Source: Alphaproteobacteria bacterium (GTDB lineage: Bacteria > Pseudomonadota > Alphaproteobacteria > SP197). Taken from it: a stretch of DNA of 64,000 nt. The position numbers were made by a program, and so were the translations under genes. The notes beneath the pieces were generated by a model. The model worked only from the letters and a program-made list of their open reading frames with translations, was not told the origin of the DNA and made no database searches. Shown here piece after piece: positions 46,667 to 56,421 of the stretch. Location: NCBI GenBank assembly GCA_965228895.1, contig OZ245842.1:3712001-3776000 (forward strand). The letters are read 5' to 3'. Numbering within the stretch: position 1 is the stretch's first letter; each line of letters begins with the position of its first letter.

Positions 46667-48748
46667 GTGACCCGCGATCCTCGTTACGACATTTTGTTTG
46701 AGCCACTCAAGATCGGTCCCGTCACCGCGCCCAACCGGTTCTACCAGGTGCCCCATTGCAACGGCATGGGCAGGGTCTATCCCAACGCCATGATCGGTAT
46801 GCGCGGCACGAAGGCGGAGGGAGGCTGGGGGATCGTCTGTACCGAGCAGTGCGACTTCCTCGCCAGTGGCGACGCCTCCCCTTACGCCGAAACCAACATG
46901 TGGGACTCAGGCGACGAGCTCTACCTCGGCCGCATGGTCGAGGAGGTGCACCGATACGGCAGCCTCGCCGGTATCGAGCTTGTCCACAATGGCCACGACA
47001 CGCCCAACCTCTACAGCCGCGAGATCCCGATCGGCCCGATGCATCGCCCCGCGAACTGGAGCCTCGCGCCGATCCAGGCGCGTGCGATGGACAAAGCCGA
47101 CATCCGAGAGTACCGCCGCGCCCACAAAGCAGCGGCGATCAGGGCGCGCGACATCGGCTTCGACATTGTCATCGTCTATGCCGGTCACGACGGCACGGTT
47201 CCCAGCCACTTCCTCGCCAAGCGCCACAACCAGCGAACCGACGAATACGGCGGCAGTCTCGAGAACCGCTTGCGCCTTTATCGCGAGCTGCTCGAGGAAA
47301 CCAAGGACGCGGTCGGCGGCGATACCGCCGTCGTGGTGCGCTTCGCCGTCGACGAGATGATGGGACCGGATGGGCTGGAGTGGCATGGCGAGGGCCGTGA
47401 AGCCGTTGAGATGCTGGCCGAGCTCCCGGACCTGTGGGACGTCAATGTCAGCGATTGGGACAACGATTCGAAGACGTCGCGGTTCGCGCCGGAAGGCTAC
47501 CAGGAGGAGTACGTCGCCTTCGTGAAACAGGTGACGAGCAAACCGGTCTCTACCGTCGGGCGCTATACATCGCCCGACGCCATGGTCTCGGCGATCCGCC
47601 GCGGCATCGTCGATCTGATCGGGGCGGCCCGGCCGTCGATCGCCGATCCGTTCCTGCCCAGGAAGGTCGAGGAAGGCCGGCTCGACGACATCCGCGAATG
47701 CATCGGCTGCAACGTCTGCATCGGCTGGACCCAGATGACCGCGCCGGCGCGCTGCACCCAGAACCCGACCTTCAGCGAGGAGTGGCGCAAGGGCTGGCAT
47801 CCCGAGACGTTGCCGCCCGCCGAAACGGAGGATCGTGTTCTCATCGTCGGCGCCGGGCCCGCGGGTCTCGAGGCGGCGCGTGCCGCCGGGCTGCGTGGAT
47901 TCCACGTGACGCTCGCCGAGGCTGACGAGGACCTGGGCGGCCGCGTCACCCGCGAGAGCAAGCTGCCGGGCCTGGCGGCCTGGGCCCGCGTGCGCGACTA
48001 CCGCGTCGGCCAAATCCAACGCATGGCCAATGTCGAGGTCTATCGCGAAAGCCGTCTCACGGCGGAACAGGTTCTCGAGCTTGGGGCCGACCATGTAGCG
48101 ATCGCGACCGGCGCCAGTTGGCGCCGTGATGGCTATGGCCGGCATCTGACGTCACCGGTGCCAGGGACCGACGCGGCGCATGTCCTGACACCCGACGACA
48201 TCCTGGCCGGACGCCGCCCGCCGGGACAGAAGGTGCTGCTGTTCGACGACGACCACTACTACATGGCCAGCGTGATTGCCGAGCTGCTAAGCACGGAAGG
48301 CTACGAGGTAAGCTTGGCGACGCCGGTCGCAACGATCGCCGCATGGATGATCCACACGCTGGAACAGGGTGCCAACCAAGAGCGGCTCAGCGACGCAGGA
48401 GTCGACCTGTTGCCGAACACGACCCTGCTGGCCGTCGAGACCGAAAGGGTACTGCTCGCGGACTCGTTGCGGCGGCGCGAGGTCGAGCTGCCGGCCGATG
48501 GCGTCGTCATGGTCACATCGCGCCAGCCAGAAGACAGTCTCTATCACGAGCTCGTTGAGGCGCTCGACGGCGCGACCGACGCTGGCATTCGCACGTTGCG
48601 CCGGATCGGCGATTGCCAAGCGCCTGGTATCATTGCGACGGCGAATTACGAGGGCCATCGCTACGCTCGTGAACTCGGCGCCGAGGTCGACCCCGGCACC
48701 GTCCCGTTCCACCGCGAGCGGCATGTCATCGAACCGGCGACGGCGTGA
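46667..48748 (+). CDS. Trimethylamine/histamine dehydrogenase-family Fe-S flavoprotein
   Basis: RDPRYDILFEP, FYQVPHCNGMG (cysteinyl-FMN Cys), ECIGCNVC...CTQNP [4Fe-4S] and GAGPAGL. Confidence 0.88.
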   Translation: MTRDPRYDILFEPLKIGPVTAPNRFYQVPHCNGMGRVYPNAMIGMRGTKAEGGWGIVCTEQCDFLASGDASPYAETNMWDSGDELYLGRMVEEVHRYGSLAGIELVHNGHDTPNLYSREIPIGPMHRPANWSLAPIQARAMDKADIREYRRAHKAAAIRARDIGFDIVIVYAGHDGTVPSHFLAKRHNQRTDEYGGSLENRLRLYRELLEETKDAVGGDTAVVVRFAVDEMMGPDGLEWHGEGREAVEMLAELPDLWDVNVSDWDNDSKTSRFAPEGYQEEYVAFVKQVTSKPVSTVGRYTSPDAMVSAIRRGIVDLIGAARPSIADPFLPRKVEEGRLDDIRECIGCNVCIGWTQMTAPARCTQNPTFSEEWRKGWHPETLPPAETEDRVLIVGAGPAGLEAARAAGLRGFHVTLAEADEDLGGRVTRESKLPGLAAWARVRDYRVGQIQRMANVEVYRESRLTAEQVLELGADHVAIATGASWRRDGYGRHLTSPVPGTDAAHVLTPDDILAGRRPPGQKVLLFDDDHYYMASVIAELLSTEGYEVSLATPVATIAAWMIHTLEQGANQERLSDAGVDLLPNTTLLAVETERVLLADSLRRREVELPADGVVMVTSRQPEDSLYHELVEALDGATDAGIRTLRRIGDCQAPGIIATANYEGHRYARELGAEVDPGTVPFHRERHVIEPATA

Positions 48749-48865
48749 TCACGGCCAAGGACGTTGACGAATGAGGCGCGCCACAATCAGCGCCTCTCAT
48801 AAGACAACCGGCGCCGGACGATTGTCCGGCACCGGCGCTTCAAAACGATTCTGATTGGCCTTGGA

Positions 48866-49273
48866 TTAGGAGACCGCGCCCTCACCTGCCTCGGGCCTCA
48901 TGTTTTCCCGGCGACCGCGATCGGCCATGAACTGGTCAAACTCGGCCTTGTCCTTGGCCTGGCGCAGTTGGTCCAGGAAGGCTTTGAACGCCTCTTGCTC
49001 CTCTTCCAACCGCTTGAGGGTCTCTTCGCGGTACTCGTCGAACGCGTGGTTGCCGCTCGACGGTCCGGCGTGCCGCTTGTCGCTGCCGTTCTTCGGCTCC
49101 GAATAGTACCAACGGCCGCGGCGGCCACAGTCACGCCAAAATCCCATGCGTCCACTCCATATCAGATAGGCCAGAATCGCCAGACCAATGGGCCAGAACA
49201 CGATGAAGCCAAGCACCATCAAAACGATCCAGGCTGGCTTTCCGTAGTGGTCCACCTTCGCTGCGAGTTCCAT
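48866..49273 (-). CDS. DUF2852-family membrane protein
   Basis: WIVLMVLGFIVFWPIGLAILAY, SSGNHAFDEYREETLKRLEEEQ and AKDKAEFDQFM. Confidence 0.88.
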   Translation of the reverse strand: MELAAKVDHYGKPAWIVLMVLGFIVFWPIGLAILAYLIWSGRMGFWRDCGRRGRWYYSEPKNGSDKRHAGPSSGNHAFDEYREETLKRLEEEQEAFKAFLDQLRQAKDKAEFDQFMADRGRRENMRPEAGEGAVS

Positions 49274-49282
49274 CTTCGCCTC

Positions 49283-49309
49283 TATGTTAATGTTTAATAC
49301 ATTAACATA
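49283..49309. promoter_or_regulatory. Perfect 11-bp-arm palindrome TATGTTAATGT-N5-ACATTAACATA (candidate TetR operator)
   Basis: Immediately upstream of the DUF2852 start. Confidence 0.7.
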
Positions 49310-49389
49310 CGTAAGGTCGGCCATGTCCGGAGTCAAGGCCGGCAGCGCCTGAAATCGGTGAAAAATCGATGACGCGCCGGGCTTGACGG

Positions 49390-50028
49390 TCAGGACGACG
49401 GGTCGCGGCCCAAGCCGTCCAGATAAATAAGAAATCCCGCCTCCAGCAGCTCTTCCGGCGTCATCGGAAGTTTGCGCCGGGCCGCGTCGCCGCGGGCGAA
49501 CAGCGAGGCGATGCCGTGGGCGAACGACCACATATGAAGGCTCACCATGCGCGCCGGCGGCCGACGCTCCTTGGGCAGGCGCGCGACCATCGCCTCGGCG
49601 GCTCGCTGCAGCACGCTGAACGCTTCTTCGGCAGCCTCGGCCAGTTCCGGTGTCGCATCGGGCGGCACCTGAGCCTCGAACATCGCGGCGTAGTACGCGG
49701 GCTCGGTGCGCGCGAAGGCTAGATAGGCACGTCCCACGTTGTCGAACGCGGTCACGGGATCCGGCGCGCCGTCGCTCCAGGCATTCGCCAGGAAGGCGCT
49801 GAAGCGCTCGAAGCCCTGGCGCGCTACCTCGGCGACCAGCGCATCGCGATCGCGGAAATGGCGGTAGGGTGCCGCCGCGCTAACGCCCGCGCTACGCGCC
49901 GCCTCGGCAAAGCTGAACCCGGCCGGCCCCTTCTCGCCGATCAGGTCCAACGCCGCCTTGATCAGCGCCTCGCGCAGATGGCCATGATGGTAGCCGCGCC
50001 GCCCCTCGTCCTTCTTGTGCCAACTCAT
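49390..50028 (-). CDS. TetR-family regulator (WHG-type C-terminus)
   Basis: GYHHGHLREAL, GVSAAAPYRHF and WSFAHG. Confidence 0.9.
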   Translation of the reverse strand: MSWHKKDEGRRGYHHGHLREALIKAALDLIGEKGPAGFSFAEAARSAGVSAAAPYRHFRDRDALVAEVARQGFERFSAFLANAWSDGAPDPVTAFDNVGRAYLAFARTEPAYYAAMFEAQVPPDATPELAEAAEEAFSVLQRAAEAMVARLPKERRPPARMVSLHMWSFAHGIASLFARGDAARRKLPMTPEELLEAGFLIYLDGLGRDPSS

Positions 50029-50046
50029 GTTAAGGGACTTAACATG
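50026..50046. promoter_or_regulatory. Palindrome CATGTTAAG-GGA-CTTAACATG overlapping the TetR start codon
   Basis: Shares the ATGTTAA/TTAACAT half-site with the palindrome at 49283-49309. Confidence 0.65.
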
Positions 50047-50119
50047 GTGGGGACGCCGGGCGTAAGCAAATCTTCCAGGACCGGTCTCAGCATCGGCCAT
50101 TGGGCGGAACCGCCCGTAT

Positions 50120-51046
50120 CTACGCCGTCTCGCCGGCCGCCAAGCGCGCGGCTTGCGCCTCTTCCAACAGCCAGTTGCGGAAGGCCGCGATCCTCGGGTG
50201 TTCGTCGCTGTCTTCCGCGCTCAAGAGATAGAAGGAGAAGCTGAGCGGCGTGCTCAAGCCCGGGTCGAACGGACGCACCAGGCGGCCGGCGGCAAGGTCG
50301 TCGGCCACCAGCACGTCGCCGACCAGCGCGACGCCATGACCGTCGAGCGCGGCCTGCACCGCCATGGTCTCCTGGGTGAAGCGCGGCCCGCGGGTCGGGT
50401 CGATGGCGTCGAGGCCGGCCGCCAGGAGCCACATACGCCAGCTCGCCTCGGCGTCCTTCCATTCGACGTGCAACAGCGTGTGGTGACGCAGATCCTCGGG
50501 CCGGTACAAAGGATGCTCGCCCCGCAGCAGGGCGGGACTGCAGACCGGCGTGTTGCGCTGGCCGAACAACCGGTCGACCCGCACGCCGTCATAGCCACCG
50601 GGCCCATAGCGCAGCGCGACATCGGCGTCGCCACGCGCCACGTCGACGCGGCGGTCGGTGCCGTCGATGCGGATCTCAATGTCCGGATGTCGGACGCGGA
50701 AGTGCTCAAGCCGGGGCATCAGCCACATGGCGCCGAAGGACGGGCTGACGCTGATGGTCAAGACACCGCTCTCGCTGACCGCGCGTATCTGCTCGACCGC
50801 TTGGGTCAACTTGTCGAAACCCTGACCCAGTATCGGCAGGGCTGCCTGACCTGCGTCGGTCAAACGCAATGCCCGGGTCAGCCGGTGGAACAGCGGCACC
50901 CCGAGCAACTCCTCGAGCGCCCGCACCTGATGGCTGACCGCAGCCGGCGTGACGTTCAACTCGGCCGCCGCCTTGGTAAAGCTGAGATGCCGGCCGGCCG
51001 ATTCAAAGGCCCTGAGAGCGTTCAAAGGCGGGAGGGGTCCGGGCAT
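50120..51046 (-). CDS. GcvA-like LysR regulator
   Basis: LPPLNALRAFESAGRHLSFTKAAAELNVTPAAVSHQ. Confidence 0.92.
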   Translation of the reverse strand: MPGPLPPLNALRAFESAGRHLSFTKAAAELNVTPAAVSHQVRALEELLGVPLFHRLTRALRLTDAGQAALPILGQGFDKLTQAVEQIRAVSESGVLTISVSPSFGAMWLMPRLEHFRVRHPDIEIRIDGTDRRVDVARGDADVALRYGPGGYDGVRVDRLFGQRNTPVCSPALLRGEHPLYRPEDLRHHTLLHVEWKDAEASWRMWLLAAGLDAIDPTRGPRFTQETMAVQAALDGHGVALVGDVLVADDLAAGRLVRPFDPGLSTPLSFSFYLLSAEDSDEHPRIAAFRNWLLEEAQAARLAAGETA

Positions 51047-51248
51047 GATCTATAGACAAATTTTCCTAGCAGATAGAGCGAGATGATCTCGTTTGTTGGG
51101 AGTCATAGATTTGCATAGCTTGCCTTTTGTGCAAGGGCACGACACACCAAAGGCCGTGTCGGCCAGAAAGTCTGGTCTATCAAATAAACCTTGATCATAG
51201 ACGTGGCTGTTGCCGGCCCAACCAAAACCCGATGCGGGAGAAACGACC

Positions 51249-51887
51249 ATGAGCTCCAATGACCTACCCATCCTCTACGCTAACGACAGCTGCCCCTATG
51301 TGTTCCGGGCCCGCCTGGCCCTGGCCTATGCCGGCATCGACGTCGAGCACAGGGAAGTCGACTTGGACAACAAACCGCCATCCATGCTGCAGGTGTCGCC
51401 GAAGGGAACCGTACCCGTCCTCATCCTGTCTGACGGAACGGTCATCGACGAGAGTTGGGAGATCATCCATTGGGCGATGCGGCAACACGATCCCGAAAAC
51501 TGGTGCGGCGACAACGATGCCGCGCTCGACCTGGCCGACGCGCTCGTGCGGAGGAACGACGGCGAGTTCGGCGAACCCTCCATGTACTACAAGTTCTCCA
51601 GCGACTACCCCGACCGGGATTGGCTGCAGGATAGAGACGCCTGTGAACCGTTCCTGGATGGCTTGGAGACCCGGCTTGCGACGCAGTCGTTTATGCACGG
51701 CGCGGCACCGTCAGTCGCCGACATCCCCGTCTACCCCGCCGTTGCTGGTTTCGCCAAGATCGAACCCGCGTGGTTCGCCGGACGGTTCCCGAACCTCGAT
51801 GCATGGTTGGAACGCATGGCTGCCTCGCCGCATGTTCAGCGGGTCGACTTCGATCATGAGCCCTGGCGGTTCGAACAAACCGGCTAG
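51249..51887 (+). CDS. Glutathione S-transferase family protein
   Basis: SCPYVFRAR, SPKGTVPVL, IDESWEI and SVADI. Confidence 0.88.
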   Translation: MSSNDLPILYANDSCPYVFRARLALAYAGIDVEHREVDLDNKPPSMLQVSPKGTVPVLILSDGTVIDESWEIIHWAMRQHDPENWCGDNDAALDLADALVRRNDGEFGEPSMYYKFSSDYPDRDWLQDRDACEPFLDGLETRLATQSFMHGAAPSVADIPVYPAVAGFAKIEPAWFAGRFPNLDAWLERMAASPHVQRVDFDHEPWRFEQTG

Positions 51888-51940
51888 CGGTTGTGACCGC
51901 AAATCGAGGAGACTGTCGGCGACAAAAGGAATCAGCCGCC

Positions 51941-52837
51941 ATGACTCAATCCCTGTTCGCCGCACCCTCGACGATGTTTTCGCTGCCGTTCAGTCAGGAC
52001 TTCCGGAGAACACGCGCCGCCGTGCTCGGCATCCCGTTCGACTGCGGCCTCTCGTCCACCCGCTTCGGTTCCCGCCTGGGTCCCAACGCCATCCGTCACG
52101 CGTCCGTCCTGACCGGCGAGCTCGCGCAGGATGCCGATAGCGATCCGCTCGACCGCGTTGTCGACGCCGGCAATGTGGTGATCGCGGCCGGCGACATTCA
52201 CGCGGCATTCGAGGCGATCGAACGGGCGATGGATGCGGTTCTTGAAGCCGGCTGCGTTCCCCTCACCCTGGGCGGTGACGGTTCGGTCAGCCTGCCCCAG
52301 ATGCGCGCCATCCATCGGGCCCACGGACCCGTAGCGGTCCTGCATTTCGACGCGCATACGGATACCGCGAAGTTGGCATCGAACGACCATTACGACAACG
52401 CGACCCAGTTCACCCACGCGGCCAACGAAGGCTTGATCGACGGCGCGCATGCCCTTCACATCGGCACCCGCGCCCCGGTCAACGCCGCCGAGGACATCGC
52501 GTACACGCGCTCTCTCGGCTACGAGGTCATCCCCTATGACACCGTCAGAGACTGGGGCGAAGCCAAACTGATCGCCCACATGCACGAACGCATGCGCGGC
52601 AAGAAGGTCTATCTGTGTTTCGACATGGATTTCTTCGATCCGTCGGTGGCGCCGGGTGTCCAGACGCCGACGCCCGGTGGCGCGCTTGCCGCCGAAGGCC
52701 TGACGCTGATCCGTGGCTTGAAGGGGCTCGACATCGTCGCACTGGATATCAACACCGTAACGCCCCTGCATGATCCGGCCGGCGTCACCGCGACGCTCGC
52801 CGCGTCGGTCGCCGCCGACATGCTGGCGCTGCTCTAG
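51941..52837 (+). CDS. Agmatinase/ureohydrolase-family protein with atypical motifs
   Basis: GSRLGPNAIR, GGDGS, FDAHTD and FDMDFFDPSVAPG. Confidence 0.85.
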   Translation: MTQSLFAAPSTMFSLPFSQDFRRTRAAVLGIPFDCGLSSTRFGSRLGPNAIRHASVLTGELAQDADSDPLDRVVDAGNVVIAAGDIHAAFEAIERAMDAVLEAGCVPLTLGGDGSVSLPQMRAIHRAHGPVAVLHFDAHTDTAKLASNDHYDNATQFTHAANEGLIDGAHALHIGTRAPVNAAEDIAYTRSLGYEVIPYDTVRDWGEAKLIAHMHERMRGKKVYLCFDMDFFDPSVAPGVQTPTPGGALAAEGLTLIRGLKGLDIVALDINTVTPLHDPAGVTATLAASVAADMLALL

Positions 52838-52909
52838 ACGGGCCTTGGATTAGGCTGGGCAAAGATTGTCTTCGAACAACGCACACGAATTGGCAAAAGG
52901 AAGGATGTC

Positions 52910-53254
52910 ATGAAACGCATTCCAGGAGGGGCTCAGGGTCGCTGTGCGGCCGTCGTCTCGGACGGGCTTGTCTATGCCGTCGCGACCGATCCGCACTGTG
53001 CCGACGGCATTGCGGCGCAAACCCGAAACACCCTTGAAAAGCTCGACGAGGTGCTCGCCGAAGCAGGCAGCGGCAAGACGGCGCTGGTCCAGGCAACCGT
53101 CTATCTCAATGACATCTCGGAAAAGCCGGCGATGGACGAGGTCTGGTGCGAATGGATCGGCCCTGAAGACAATTGGCCACAGCGCGCCTGTATCGGTGTC
53201 GACCTGGAGGCCGGTTGGCTAATCGAGGTCGTCGTCACGGCGAAACTGCTCTGA
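52910..53254 (+). CDS. RidA/YjgF-family protein
   Basis: QATVYL.D, MDEVW..W, PQRACI and IEVVVTA. Confidence 0.88.
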   Translation: MKRIPGGAQGRCAAVVSDGLVYAVATDPHCADGIAAQTRNTLEKLDEVLAEAGSGKTALVQATVYLNDISEKPAMDEVWCEWIGPEDNWPQRACIGVDLEAGWLIEVVVTAKLL

Positions 53255-53324
53255 CACCCCCTTGACCAGCATGGATTCCCCCTTCGATGGCCGATAACCT
53301 AGGCCACCCTAAGGGAGAGACCAT

Positions 53325-55046
53325 TTGGAACGCAGGCTTGCCGCCATTCTCGCCGCCGATGTGGTCGGCTATTCGCGGCTCATGGGCGAGGACGAGGCCG
53401 GCACGCTGGCGTGTCTGAAGGCGTGTGAGACCGGCGTGATCGAGCCGGCGGTCGCGGGTCACGGCGGACGCATCGTCAAGCGCATGGGCGACGGTTATCT
53501 GGTCGAGTTCGCCAGTGTCGTCGCCGCGGTCGAGTGCGCGATGGCCTGGCAGAAGGACGCATCGCCTCCCCTCGCCTTTCGCATCGGCATTCACGTCGGC
53601 GACGTGATGGTGCAGGACGGCGACATCTTTGGCGACGGCGTCAATGTCGCGGCACGGCTCGAGGCGCTCGCGACGCCCGGCGGCCTGTGCCTGTCTGAAG
53701 ATGCCCAGCGTCAGGTGCGCGGCAAGATCGACATGCCGATCGAGGACATGGGGCCGCAGCAGCTCAAGAATATCGCCGAGCCGATGCGCGTGTTCCACGC
53801 CGTCATTGATGGCGCGGCAGGCGATGACGGCGCGCCGATTGCGGAGGCCGAGATGGATAACGCCGCCGGAGCGTTGCGCATGCCGCGGATCCTGCTCGCC
53901 CCCTTCCGCCATCTGGGCAGCAGCACCGATGCCGAGGCCCTGGCATCGGGCCTGACGGAAACCCTGGCGGCCGCCCTCGCGCACTTCGAGGAGTTCGAGC
54001 TGATCGACCCGGGCAGCGCGGTCCGGGCGATCGCGGACAAGGGCGCGCTTGCCGCCGGCAGCGAGCTCGGCGCGGCCTGTATCCTGGAAGGCACCGTGCA
54101 GCTTGCCCTTGGCAAGGCGCGCATCGGCGTGCAGCTGATCGACGCGGCGACGGGCGAGCGGGTGTGGTCGGAGACGCTTGACCGCAGCCTCGACGACGTC
54201 TTTGCGCTACAGGACGAGATGACAGCCTTCGTCGCCTCGACCATGGGCGAGGCGGTGAGCGAGGAGCAGGCCAGCGCCATATCCCACAAGGCGGACGGCG
54301 ACCTCGACGCCTATGAGATCATGGTGCGCGGCATGCAGCATCTGCACAGGGTCAACGACGACGATAATCGCCTGGCGCGCGGCTACTTCGAACGCCTCAT
54401 GGCACTCGATCCCGACCACTACTTTCCGGCCGTCTGCCTCGCCTGGACCTATGCCATCGAACTGCTCAGCGCCTGGCCGCCCACCAGGCCCGATGCGCTC
54501 GATTACGCGATGGACCTGGTGCGCGACAGGCTGCGGCGCCACGACCGCTCGGCGCACCTGCATCGCATCATGGGCCGTCTCTATCTGATCGCCGGCGACC
54601 ATGATCAGGGCCTGGCCCATTCAGAGCGCGCCTATCGGCTGAACCCCTATCACAGCGACATGGTGACCAGCTACGGCGGTGCGCTGCTGTGGGCCGGGCG
54701 CACGGACGAAGGCGTAGAGAAACTGGAGCGCGGCCTCGCGATCAACCCTTATGCGCCCGTCTATTACAAGGCCTATCTCGCGCTCGCCTACTATCTGGTC
54801 GGCCGTCACGAGGACGGCCTGGAGATCCTGAGCAGCGTCGACGGACCGGTGCTCAATTCGCGCGGGTACCGCATCGCCAATCTGGTCGCGCTCGACCGAC
54901 TCGACGAAGCCCGCGCCGAAGCAAAAGTCATGATGCAGGAGACTCCGGCGTTCGAAGTCGACCGTTTGCTCGCCAGCCTGCCCTTCCAGCGACCGGAGGA
55001 CCGGCAACACCTGGGCAGTGCGCTGCGCCAGGCCGGGTTGACGTAG
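53325..55046 (+). CDS. Class III adenylate/guanylate cyclase + TolB-like domain + TPR
   Basis: AILAADVVGYSRLM, KRMGDG, DIFGDGVNVAARLE and TPRs; TTG start after GGGAGA. Confidence 0.9.
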   Translation: MERRLAAILAADVVGYSRLMGEDEAGTLACLKACETGVIEPAVAGHGGRIVKRMGDGYLVEFASVVAAVECAMAWQKDASPPLAFRIGIHVGDVMVQDGDIFGDGVNVAARLEALATPGGLCLSEDAQRQVRGKIDMPIEDMGPQQLKNIAEPMRVFHAVIDGAAGDDGAPIAEAEMDNAAGALRMPRILLAPFRHLGSSTDAEALASGLTETLAAALAHFEEFELIDPGSAVRAIADKGALAAGSELGAACILEGTVQLALGKARIGVQLIDAATGERVWSETLDRSLDDVFALQDEMTAFVASTMGEAVSEEQASAISHKADGDLDAYEIMVRGMQHLHRVNDDDNRLARGYFERLMALDPDHYFPAVCLAWTYAIELLSAWPPTRPDALDYAMDLVRDRLRRHDRSAHLHRIMGRLYLIAGDHDQGLAHSERAYRLNPYHSDMVTSYGGALLWAGRTDEGVEKLERGLAINPYAPVYYKAYLALAYYLVGRHEDGLEILSSVDGPVLNSRGYRIANLVALDRLDEARAEAKVMMQETPAFEVDRLLASLPFQRPEDRQHLGSALRQAGLT

Positions 55047-55077
55047 GTGGTTGCAACCGCCTTGGGCGAAGGGGGCC

Positions 55078-55917
55078 TCAGACCTCGTAGCGGTCGAAGA
55101 CCCGCTTGGCTCGGTTGAGCTGGCGCGCCACGTCCTCGGGGTGGTGAAGGATCGCCGAGGCGGTGCACTTCAGCACTAGAAGCGCGACATACGCGCGCAA
55201 TACCCGTGGCTCGAAGCCGGCGGAATCGACGAGGCCCCAGGTCGGCTGGTTATGACCGTCGAGGTCGAAGGCGAATGCGACGAGGTCGTACCGATGATCA
55301 CCGGCGCACGCCTCCTCCCAGTCGATGATGCCGGAGAGTGTGCCGCCATCGATCAGGATGTTGTCGGTGTGTGGGTCGTGGTGCACAAGCCCGTCGTTGG
55401 GGAACCAGCTGGGGTCGGCATCGGCGCCAACGGCTTCCACGCGGTCGCTTATCGCTGCGGTGCGCCGTCCCCCGGTGCGCAGCGCCTCATGCATCGCCCA
55501 CCCGTCCTGGCCGATCGTCAACGTTCGGACGACAAACGCGCCCCATGTGCGCTGGTCGACGGCCGGTTGCGGCCCTTTGATGCCGGCCTTGGCGGCAATG
55601 CATTCGACCATCGATTCAATGACCGCCGGCGACGGATTGTCCTGCGGCCGGCCGGGCAAGAACCGCTGCGCGGAGAGCGTCCCGCCGTCGAAGATGCTCA
55701 CATGGAGGTACTCGGGAACCGGTACGCCGCGCGCTCGCAGGTCATCAAGCCCGGGAAGCAGTGCCGCATACCGCTCGGCCATCGTCTCGTCGGGAAACCA
55801 CTTGAGGACGACGGGCAGACCGTTCGCCGCGGTCGCGAACCACGCACCCTGAGACCTGCCTCCGGGAGCGCGAGCGCCGAGTTCGAAACCCAGCTCACGC
55901 AACTGTGCGCGGTTCAT
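55078..55917 (-). CDS. Aminoglycoside phosphotransferase/choline kinase-like (APH) protein
   Basis: VVLKW, LVHHDPHTDNIL and GIIDWE. Confidence 0.8.
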   Translation of the reverse strand: MNRAQLRELGFELGARAPGGRSQGAWFATAANGLPVVLKWFPDETMAERYAALLPGLDDLRARGVPVPEYLHVSIFDGGTLSAQRFLPGRPQDNPSPAVIESMVECIAAKAGIKGPQPAVDQRTWGAFVVRTLTIGQDGWAMHEALRTGGRRTAAISDRVEAVGADADPSWFPNDGLVHHDPHTDNILIDGGTLSGIIDWEEACAGDHRYDLVAFAFDLDGHNQPTWGLVDSAGFEPRVLRAYVALLVLKCTASAILHHPEDVARQLNRAKRVFDRYEV

Positions 55918-56421
55918 CGTACCGGTCGATTGAGACCCGGCCAGACCCTCAATGTCCTATCTCGTATGGTCACGATCTGCAGATTGCCGGTGCCGCCGCT
56001 TGGTGTAAACGGGCCTTGTCGGTTTTGAATGACCACTGAAGGCCTCTGAGCGATCGCCGTATTGATGTTTGCGCAAGTGGTGGTCCAAGCTCTGAAGGCT
56101 GCGAGGAACGAGCATCGGCGACAGGCTCTTCAATGACCATGTCGAGCCCGGCGCACTACCCCGTCGCCGCACAAGAACTGAACCCGCAGAAGTCCCGGAT
56201 TCTGCTCCAACTCGCCCTGACGACAAACGACGTTGAGACAAATTAATGGATGTTCAACGAGTATTGACGTGCTCCAAGTTCCCCAATCGAGGAGGCCGCG
56301 ACGGCACGCCTGAGAGCGACACATTGCTATCGATCGACCCGAGGTCGATGGAATGTTTCCCATGCGCGGACGTCCGCCTATGACCGCCGTTGTCTTCTGG
56401 CTATGCGCCCTCGGCACCGCC

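Noticed and set aside
55078-55917. APH-like gene as an antibiotic-resistance determinant
   Set aside because: Only generic phosphotransferase motifs and no mobile context; substrate unknown.
55918-56421. About 500 bp without a convincing gene; considered an sRNA or riboswitch
   Set aside because: No recognisable RNA motif or protein similarity by eye; an Rfam scan would be needed.
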